From the NCBI RefSeq assembly GCF_000025925.1, contig NC_014033.1, forward strand, positions 900,001-932,000: DNA of 32,000 nucleotides, written 5' to 3'. The translations under genes were made by a program, and so were the position numbers. This document shows, one piece after another, positions 7,158-13,221 of the stretch (the first letter of the stretch is position 1; each line of letters begins with the position of its first letter). Origin of the DNA: Xylanibacter ruminicola 23. Its GTDB lineage: Bacteria; Bacteroidota; Bacteroidia; Bacteroidales; Bacteroidaceae. Below the pieces are notes generated by a model, which ran no database searches, was not told the origin of the DNA, and was given only the letters and a program-made list of their open reading frames with translations.

Positions 7158-7943
7158 TCAACAATCTATATTTCTTAATTTTCTGTATTGCCAGGAGTTT
7201 TTCCAACGGTCTATCTCCCAGGCACGATATACTTGTTGAGGATGGGAGTTGAATGCGATGCGACAGTTCTGTTGCAAACGATTAAGCCAAGAGGATTCTT
7301 TGAAATGATGATATTCACGAGCCTGCTCAACGAGCTGATAAGGATTCCCGCTAATCTCCTTCAGACCGCATGTTGACTTGAGCATTGTGGTTTGAAAAGC
7401 AAACTCACCTACAACTGCAGCAGCACAACGATCAGCAGAAAGCTCACTCTTACGAGACCAATAATGCATAGCCATCAAAACGGGACCTAATGTGGCATAT
7501 GAGAGGATGTCAAGCCAATAACCCAACTCGCTGATTGTTCTAAGAAGCGTTGAATATAATGTATGATGGCAAAGAATATGTCCGCACTCATGGGCCATAA
7601 CGCATCTAAGTTCATCAAGCTCCATTCTTTCTACGATTGCACTGCTCAAAGCTATGAAGGTGTTATTTTCTCCATATGTAAATGCATTCATATGTGGATC
7701 GTTATAGATGTAGAGTTCTGGTTCAGTAATGCCTACTTTTTCAACTACCTCCTTAAAAGCTATGTATAGAGCCGGATAGTTCGTGGAACTAACTCTGACA
7801 AAGGAACCAAGGCACATACCTCGATATATCCTTTCAAGGCCATGCTCCATACAATAGCTTATAAGCTCATTATATCCCTTTAGGCTCTGTAAGGCTCTTA
7901 TTGCCTTCGCATCTTCGGGATGCATGATATCACGTACTTCCAT
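7158..7943 (-). CDS. M48 family zinc metallopeptidase (soluble type)
   Basis: HEXXH motif in VMAHECGHILCHH, with a downstream SELSADR glutamate motif typical of M48/HtpX-like peptidases. No TM segments. Confidence 0.88.
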   Translation of the reverse strand: MEVRDIMHPEDAKAIRALQSLKGYNELISYCMEHGLERIYRGMCLGSFVRVSSTNYPALYIAFKEVVEKVGITEPELYIYNDPHMNAFTYGENNTFIALSSAIVERMELDELRCVMAHECGHILCHHTLYSTLLRTISELGYWLDILSYATLGPVLMAMHYWSRKSELSADRCAAAVVGEFAFQTTMLKSTCGLKEISGNPYQLVEQAREYHHFKESSWLNRLQQNCRIAFNSHPQQVYRAWEIDRWKNSWQYRKLRNIDC

Positions 7944-7946
7944 AAT

Positions 7947-8693
7947 TTATGCTTCTGATAGTTCAACATGACGATAACGCATACCCGCAATCATTATTAC
8001 TGCAGGAATAACAACACGATAAGCAGGCGAGGCGATGTCGCTGATAGTCCAGCATGCCAACATTCCCCAACCAATAGGGCCAGCTAACATACCAACATAT
8101 CTCTCAAAGGTTATCATACCCATCATAGAGATAGTACGTCCAAAAATCATATTGGCAATACGAGTGATAATGAATGTCATTAATTCCACGAAAAGATATC
8201 TATTGGTACGTAGAGAAATCATCAACGAGAATACGATTTGCTGTCGATTCAGGTTCTTATGTGATATACCTGCTTTGTCAGCAAGATCTCTTAGTTCTTC
8301 ATCAGAGAGTTTCTCTGTAGTTTTCTCGCACAGCGTTGTCAGTAATCGCTGTTCCATCATATTAACGTTATCATTGTAAGCCACACTCACTTTAAGTTTC
8401 TTGCAAACTCTTCTTAAGATGGTCTCATAGCTATCTGCCTCACCTTTCTTATATAATGTATGTACAGTGTTACTACCAAACTTACGAAATTCTTCGCTAA
8501 TCTCCTTTGCCATTAGATTCATTTTTTCAGGGTAGCAGTTTAGGTAGGCATCGGTATTTGATAACTGTTCACTAAATCTCAATTCACCTTGTTTATTATG
8601 TGTGAGTATGTCGCACAATGTACGAAGGTCGTCATTCTGGCACTTTGCCAAGAATAGTAAATCTTTGTCTTCTTTCATAACTATATCCTCCAT
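7947..8693 (-). CDS. YaaW/UPF0174-like protein with a DUF3944-like N-terminus and a hydrophobic C-terminal half
   Basis: The N-terminal DKDLLFLAKCQNDDLRTLCDILT and the C-terminal ...GMLAGPIGWGMLACWTISDIASPAYRVVIPAVIMIAGMRY resemble the E. coli YaaW family (recalled from memory). It ends 3 nt before the M48 gene. Confidence 0.65.
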   Translation of the reverse strand: MEDIVMKEDKDLLFLAKCQNDDLRTLCDILTHNKQGELRFSEQLSNTDAYLNCYPEKMNLMAKEISEEFRKFGSNTVHTLYKKGEADSYETILRRVCKKLKVSVAYNDNVNMMEQRLLTTLCEKTTEKLSDEELRDLADKAGISHKNLNRQQIVFSLMISLRTNRYLFVELMTFIITRIANMIFGRTISMMGMITFERYVGMLAGPIGWGMLACWTISDIASPAYRVVIPAVIMIAGMRYRHVELSEA

Positions 8694-8709
8694 TTTAAGT
8701 TTCTGGGGG

Positions 8710-8717
8710 CAAAATTA
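8710..8717 (-). promoter_or_regulatory. -7 box (TAATTTTG on the minus strand) for the YaaW-like/M48 operon
   Basis: TAnnTTTG match 16 nt upstream of the ATG at 8693. Confidence 0.5.
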
Positions 8718-8725
8718 TACTATGA

Positions 8726-8746
8726 GTCGGACTAAACCTGTCCGAC
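8726..8746. promoter_or_regulatory. perfect inverted repeat GTCGGAC-N7-GTCCGAC over the -33 region of the YaaW-like/M48 promoter (candidate operator)
   Basis: 7-bp arms at 8726-8732 and 8740-8746, located 9-29 nt upstream of the -7 box. Confidence 0.4.
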
Positions 8747-8800
8747 CTAAGATAATATTCAAAAATTAAGTTATGATATGCCGTTATTGATACAAAAATA

Positions 8801-8945
8801 CCCTCAGGCTTCGATTTGAAACCTGAGGGTGATAGGATAGAGCCTGCTGCAGTAAGCGTGGCGGGCCGCGCAAGTGCAGGTCCTTGGCTATCTACATGGC
8901 GCCCATGCACGATGTCGCACCTAGGGCTGTTACAATCGCAGTAGC
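8801..8945. repeat. direct repeat copy 1: truncated 3' end of a smalltalk-type ORF plus its downstream structured region and terminator hairpin
   Basis: Aligns base-for-base with 9418-9562 at an offset of 617 nt. There are 3 mismatches in the 91 non-coding nt and 7 in the 54 coding nt. The hairpin ccctcagg/cctgaggg lies at 8801-8829. Confidence 0.9.
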
Positions 8946-8948
8946 TAC

Positions 8949-9410
8949 ATCTCTAACAAGATTGCTGCTTCTGAATGGGGTGATGGCGTTGTTAAACAAT
9001 TGGCTGATTATATCGAAAGAACTAGCCCAGAAGCTAAAGGATTTTCTGATAAGAACCTTTGGCGAATGAAGCAGTTCTATGAGACATATAATGGCATGGA
9101 CGAAAAACTCTCAGCACTGCTGAGACAAATTAATTGGACAAACAATCTAACTATTTTAAGTCGTACCAAATCAACCGAAGAAAGATACTTTTATTTGAAA
9201 CAATGTATCCAGGAGAGATGGACTAAGCGAGAACAAAATCGTCAGATAGATAGTGCTCTTTATGAAAGATCTAAAGTAGGAACTCCAAAACTCTCACCAC
9301 TGGTGAGAGAAATAGCTCCACAAGCAGAACAGATATTTAGAGACCAATATGTACTGGAGTTTTTTGGTGGAAAAGAGTATAAATATGAGAATGATCTGCC
9401 TGGCTTTATA
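8949..9410 (+). pseudogene. internal fragment of a DUF1016/YhcG-family (PDDEXK nuclease) gene, truncated at both ends
   Basis: The translation ...ISNKIAASEWGDGVVKQLADYIERTSPEAKGFSDKNLWRMKQFYETY...RDQYVLEFFGGKEYKYENDL matches the YhcG N-terminal domain and the first residues of the nuclease domain. There is no start codon (the track start at 9000 is a TTG inside the frame). The catalytic C-terminal half is missing. Confidence 0.7.
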
Positions 9411-9417
9411 ATAAAAT

Positions 9418-9562
9418 CCCCCAGGCTTCGCTTTGAAACCTGAGGGTGATAGGATAGAGCCTGCTGCAGTATGCGTGGCGGGCCGCGCAAGTGCAGGTCC
9501 TTGGCTATCTACATGGCGCCCATGCAACTCGTGGCGCCTAGGGCCGTTACAATCGCAGTAGC
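9418..9562. repeat. direct repeat copy 2 (belongs to the intact smalltalk-type ORF)
   Basis: See copy 1. In this copy the hairpin has one mismatch (cccccagg/cctgaggg). Confidence 0.9.
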
Positions 9563-9613
9563 GATACTTGCTATCATCTGTATGATGAACTTAAATGTTT
9601 CTTTCTTTGTCAT
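9509..9613 (-). CDS. 34-aa smalltalk-type peptide (signal-peptide-like, C-terminal lipobox); absent from the ORF track
   Basis: My own translation: MTKKETFKFIIQMIASIATAIVTALGATSCMGAM. It resembles the Bacteroidales small proteins that NCBI names smalltalk protein (from memory). The peptide of the truncated paralog at 8892-8945 is conserved through synonymous changes only. Confidence 0.6.
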   Translation of the reverse strand: MTKKETFKFIIQMIASIATAIVTALGATSCMGAM

Positions 9614-9729
9614 AATGGTTAAAGGTTTAATAGGTTAATGTTTAATCTTTTAATCGTTTCTTTAGTACGCTTGCCTAAGCAAGAATGTTTCATGTTTCAT
9701 GTAAAGGGTGGGGCCTAAGCCCCAAGCCC

Positions 9730-10287
9730 TTAATCACCAATCGGCTCGTTATGATTTCCGCCGCCACCGGTATTACCACCTTGGTTGCCGCCACCAGTGT
9801 TTCCACCGGTATTGCCTCCGCCATTGCTTGGCTCGTCGGGATCCTCAACCGTACCTGGGTCTGTCGAGGTTACACGCTTAATCTCCTTACCATCGCGGTC
9901 GTAGCAGGTAATCTGGATGGCTGTACCTGCCAGCTCCTCTTTCAGATCCACCGCTGGGGTGAAGATGATTCGACGACTGGTTACCAGTCCGGCTTTCACC
10001 TCATCAACCTTGGCTACACTCTTGGCGCGGATGCCGAATCGCATGGTTCCCAAACCTGGCAGCGCAACCGAGTGACCCTCTGTGGCCCAAGCTTTAATCA
10101 CTTCGCCAGCAGCATCCCAGCAGGCCTGCATAATGCCTTTGCTAACTCCGCTGCGCAGGGCAGCCTCCTTAATCACCTTGTCCTGCGAGAGTGAGGTGTA
10201 CAACTCCGGCATCATGATGTAGCGATAAGTGCCCTCATACTTGCCAATCTTCTGCAACTTTTCCTGTGCTTTAACTTTAAGTGCCAT
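9730..10287 (-). CDS. HU-family DNA-binding protein (Bacteroidales long form) with a Gly/Asn-rich C-terminal tail
   Basis: The segment ...VALPGLGTMRFGIRAKSVAKVDEVKAGLVTSRRIIFTPAVDLKEEL is an HU/IHF-like fold signature. The tail reads SNGGGNTGGNTGGGNQGGNTGGGGNHNEP. Confidence 0.8.
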   Translation of the reverse strand: MALKVKAQEKLQKIGKYEGTYRYIMMPELYTSLSQDKVIKEAALRSGVSKGIMQACWDAAGEVIKAWATEGHSVALPGLGTMRFGIRAKSVAKVDEVKAGLVTSRRIIFTPAVDLKEELAGTAIQITCYDRDGKEIKRVTSTDPGTVEDPDEPSNGGGNTGGNTGGGNQGGNTGGGGNHNEPIGD

Positions 10288-10384
10288 AATTCTAATTTTG
10301 TTTTTGTGTTGTTGTAAATAAAAATGTTTAATGTTTAATCTTTAATGTTTAATGTCTCAACTCCGATGTAGATTTGCGCCCTCG

Positions 10385-10435
10385 TGTGGGAGAATTTCTT
10401 AGTGCACGTGGGAAATAGTTTTGCCGCACGTGGCC
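10385..10435. promoter_or_regulatory. three YGTGGSM boxes at exact 22-bp spacing in the HU gene leader (two contain the CACGTG palindrome)
   Basis: tgtggga at 10385, cgtggga at 10407 and cgtggcc at 10429. Boxes 2 and 3 share gcacgtgg. Confidence 0.35.
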
Positions 10436-10463
10436 GCCATCTGTCTCATTCATTTCAACGGTG

Positions 10464-10471
10464 CAAAGGTA
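10464..10471 (-). promoter_or_regulatory. -7 box (TACCTTTG on the minus strand), candidate promoter of the HU-family gene
   Basis: TAnnTTTG match. It implies a leader of about 170 nt ahead of the ATG at 10287. Confidence 0.4.
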
Positions 10472-10543
10472 CGATATTTTGATTGCGGTCTACGAATAAT
10501 TCTCCAACTTTTTTCATTTTTCTCGAAAAAAAATTTCTGTGCA

Positions 10544-10573
10544 GTCAATAGTCATTAATGTCAATAGTCAATA
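10544..10573 (+). repeat. array of four GTCAWTA heptamers (left arm)
   Basis: gtcaata at 10544, gtcatta at 10551, gtcaata at 10560, gtcaata at 10567. Confidence 0.85.
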
Positions 10574-10599
10574 AGCCTCGAACAACCCTGTATTTTAAA

Positions 10600-10637
10600 T
10601 AAAAGAATATATATAATATATTATATATATTCTTTTA
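10600..10637. repeat. perfect 38-bp A/T-rich palindrome
   Basis: taaaagaatatatataata|tattatatatattctttta. I checked base by base that the right half is the reverse complement of the left half. Confidence 0.9.
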
Positions 10638-10663
10638 ATACTTACCCACATTTCCACTACTCT

Positions 10664-10694
10664 TAATGACTAATGACTAATGACTACTAATGAC
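10664..10694 (-). repeat. array of four TAATGAC heptamers (GTCATTA in inverted orientation; right arm)
   Basis: taatgac at 10664, 10671, 10678 and 10688. The array centre is about 60 bp from the palindrome centre, matching the left arm. Confidence 0.85.
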
Positions 10695-10772
10695 TGAAAT
10701 ATAGCTCGCAGGATATTGAGTTTTTTTCTAAAGAAAAACCCGAAAAAAATTGGATGCTATCCAAAAAAGATG

Positions 10773-10780
10773 TATATTTG
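10773..10780 (+). promoter_or_regulatory. -7 box (TATATTTG) for the kinase-like gene
   Basis: TAnnTTTG match 23 nt upstream of the ATG at 10804. Confidence 0.5.
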
Positions 10781-10803
10781 CAGCGATAAATTTTAAATGA
10801 TAA

Positions 10804-11487
10804 ATGAATGGATATTGTTCTGAACGATTATCACAAGAAAATGAACGCTATCAAGATAGCGAAGGTTGCATATTGGAAAGCGCATCCGCTTTCGCGTGCG
10901 GAGTCCTTAAAGAGATTGAGGAACTTGCGGGAACAACGTCTTGCAAATCTCTCCAACTGGTAAGGCTCAAGAAATGGGCCCAAGAGCAAGGCTGCTGGTA
11001 TAATGATCGCAGCCTTTTTGGCGATTATTTTGATCGTGGCTCAGAGAACGAAACTTATTTGTCACCAGATCTTAATGATATTATAAAACTTAACGACTTC
11101 CGTTATTCTGACGATAATCTCACTTCTTTCTTTGAACGTATCAAGGCTCATAATACTTACTTCCCTGATTGTGCATATCGTATGATTGGCTTTGCAGAGA
11201 ATATCCAAGGAAAGATTTGTGCGGTCCTTGTTCAACCATTTATCTCTGATGCACGATTAGCTACAAAAGAAGAAATTTACGATGAGTTTATTCGCCTTGG
11301 CTTTAGTCCGGAAGATAATGGTGAATACTTTACTAACGGTAGGCATGATATTTTTGATGCCGTTGATGGTAATGTACTCGTTGACGATGAGGGACATCTG
11401 TATTTTATTGATACCATCATATACAAATCGGGTACAGGCGGTGTAGAGGCATACAACAGTCTTTCGCCCAGAGCAAAATCGAAATAA
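10804..11487 (+). CDS. atypical protein-kinase-like protein (resembles the polyvalent-protein kinase domain family)
   Basis: GSENETYLSPDLNDIIKLND looks like a Gly-loop plus Lys. HDIFDAVDGNVLVDDEGHLYFIDT looks like a D-x4-N catalytic loop followed by a metal-binding Asp. The assignment rests on motifs only. Confidence 0.55.
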   Translation: MNGYCSERLSQENERYQDSEGCILESASAFACGVLKEIEELAGTTSCKSLQLVRLKKWAQEQGCWYNDRSLFGDYFDRGSENETYLSPDLNDIIKLNDFRYSDDNLTSFFERIKAHNTYFPDCAYRMIGFAENIQGKICAVLVQPFISDARLATKEEIYDEFIRLGFSPEDNGEYFTNGRHDIFDAVDGNVLVDDEGHLYFIDTIIYKSGTGGVEAYNSLSPRAKSK

Positions 11488-11612
11488 CAATCAATATAGC
11501 TTTACCTAGCAGGTAATGATGGTTAATGAGTAGAAACATTAGTCATCATTTAAAAAACCTTAAACTCGCAAATTTTAAAGAATCACCATACTTGAAACAC
11601 ACATTTTTTATT

Positions 11613-11620
11613 TATCTTTG
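11613..11620 (+). promoter_or_regulatory. -7 box (TATCTTTG) for the HIRAN gene
   Basis: TAnnTTTG match 41 nt upstream of the ATG at 11662. Confidence 0.45.
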
Positions 11621-11661
11621 CCATCGTTTTTGGGCTAACTTACCCTATACCAACTTCAACT

Positions 11662-12663
11662 ATGAGTATTATACAACTAAATATAGTAGGTATTCCTTAC
11701 CGTAAAGATCTTTATGGGCATGTCGGCGAGTTTCTTGCTGAGGCGCCTGGGCATGCTATGACTCTCAGACCTGAAAGCGCTAACGACAGCGACAAGGTTG
11801 CCGTTCGTGCTTACGACTGGCTGGGACGACACGTAGGATATGTATCAAGTCCAGAGCTACCGAGAGCATGGGGAGCGCTACGATGCAGCGAACAAAACAA
11901 ATTAAGAGGTATGATAGTTGGTTCTAATATCGAGCACCCGTGTGTAGCGTTCGAGTGTGTGGTGTTAGATTATAAAGGCCCTGTAACCGACTTGTATCCG
12001 CAAAAAATATTTCTGGATTGGAAATATACTGGTCCTGTACTCGATATTCCAGAAGAGTTTGATAACCTGGTTTATATGCGCGATGAAATAATAGACCGAC
12101 TAACCGAACGTGATGAATGGGATGATGAAGCACAGGCGCACTTTATCTCGCTAGTAAAACGTTTTTCCGCTTATCTGAAATACGATATTTCGGGCGAAAT
12201 GAGCGACTATCGAAAACACCTGATAGAGATGCTTACTGATATCGGTGACTGCGAGTTTCAGGAGGTCATCGACGAACTTACAATGTCAGCTGGACGTACA
12301 GGTCGTGAGACAACGTGTGGTAGTGTGCTGGAATTTTGGAAAGAGCAGATGCAGTCGGCCGATACACGAAAACATCTGATGGTGCACCAACGAAAGTATA
12401 ATGCCAAGACGGTAGAAAAGGAACTGGAAGAGTTTCCCGAAAACTTGTACTTTGAATGGAAGGCTAACCCCGAACGCTTTGTTTCAAAACTATATTATCG
12501 GCATATTCCTCGCGAGGTTATATGGCGATTTGTTTCAGGCATAGCATTTGTAGAAATGACAAATGCTATCGCCAAGAAAGCCGAAGATGAAAAGGCTATA
12601 CACGAAAAGCGTAATGTGATATTAACAGGCGATAATGCTAGTTATATAGAAAATAAAGAATAA
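11662..12663 (+). CDS. HIRAN domain-containing protein (N-terminal HIRAN, about 230 aa of unknown C-terminal region)
   Basis: LNIVGIPYRKDLYGHVGEF...MTLRPESANDSDKVAVRAYDWLGRHVGYVS follows the HIRAN pattern (G..Y......G..L.L.RE..N..D.NAI.V.......GYV). Confidence 0.65.
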   Translation: MSIIQLNIVGIPYRKDLYGHVGEFLAEAPGHAMTLRPESANDSDKVAVRAYDWLGRHVGYVSSPELPRAWGALRCSEQNKLRGMIVGSNIEHPCVAFECVVLDYKGPVTDLYPQKIFLDWKYTGPVLDIPEEFDNLVYMRDEIIDRLTERDEWDDEAQAHFISLVKRFSAYLKYDISGEMSDYRKHLIEMLTDIGDCEFQEVIDELTMSAGRTGRETTCGSVLEFWKEQMQSADTRKHLMVHQRKYNAKTVEKELEEFPENLYFEWKANPERFVSKLYYRHIPREVIWRFVSGIAFVEMTNAIAKKAEDEKAIHEKRNVILTGDNASYIENKE

Positions 12664-12672
12664 TAAGATACA

Positions 12673-13185
12673 ATGGCAAGAAGAATAATAATGACGGGTG
12701 ATGAGGCGCAGTATATAGAGCGTCGTGGTGCGAATGCACAGCCCGATGACGACCGCGAGATACGTATGGAGGGGCGGCACGCCCGCTACGAGGAGTGCTC
12801 GGTAGCCCAGGTGGCTCATTTCCCTATTAACAACAATGAGGCAGCGGGCAAACAGTGGTTCGAGTTCCTGATTAGAAATGGATTTATTGCTCCTGATACC
12901 GAGATGAGCTGCTGGCAGTATCTGATGGGCTTCTCAACCAATCAGCCAACTGACATTAAACCGATAGAGTGGATGAAAACAGTTGAGACGGCACGACTGA
13001 TGCTGGTAAAGGTGAATAACGAGGTGCTTGCGAAGAAACAGATGACCATAGCACACATGAACGAACTGGCAGCACAATGCTTTACCAAACAGGGGCAATC
13101 GCTTAAATTGGCCAAACCACGAAAAGAGTTATCTGCCGATGCTGATGCAATAGAGAATTTTATTCCGACCATTTCCGACCTTTAA
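12673..13185 (+). CDS. hypothetical protein, 170 aa
   Basis: ORF in the same operon-like run, 9 nt after the HIRAN gene stop. Its N-terminus repeats the C-terminal motif of the HIRAN protein. Confidence 0.6.
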   Translation: MARRIIMTGDEAQYIERRGANAQPDDDREIRMEGRHARYEECSVAQVAHFPINNNEAAGKQWFEFLIRNGFIAPDTEMSCWQYLMGFSTNQPTDIKPIEWMKTVETARLMLVKVNNEVLAKKQMTIAHMNELAAQCFTKQGQSLKLAKPRKELSADADAIENFIPTISDL

Positions 13186-13221
13186 CCGAAACACCTGTAA
13201 ATACTAGGTTTTCGACATATT

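Larger units (their letters stand above)
2000..8720. other. AT-rich compositional island (likely horizontally acquired accessory region)
   Basis: Hand-sampled 60-nt lines give roughly 23-40% G+C inside the island, against roughly 42-55% in the flanks. All genes are on the minus strand. None of the genes is a recognisable housekeeping gene. Confidence 0.6.

Noticed and set aside
2025-8795. Shared 8-mer taacggca near both island edges (about 2035 and, inverted, about 8780) as possible att repeats
   Set aside because: An 8-nt match in a 32-kb window on either strand is expected by chance, and no longer flanking identity exists.
8695-8910. Track ORFs 8695..8910 and 9294..9527, which look like conserved paralogues (both start MHGRHVDSQGPALARPAT...)
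   Set aside because: The similarity exists only because both read through the two copies of the 145-bp direct repeat in a non-genic frame. The real coding frame in the repeat is the smalltalk-type ORF, and the rest is its 3' non-coding region.
10544-10694. Invertible-promoter (DNA inversion) interpretation of the inverted heptamer arrays
   Set aside because: The segment between the arrays is only about 90 bp, contains no TAnnTTTG box on either strand, and no invertase/recombinase gene is nearby. An origin or operator reading fits better.
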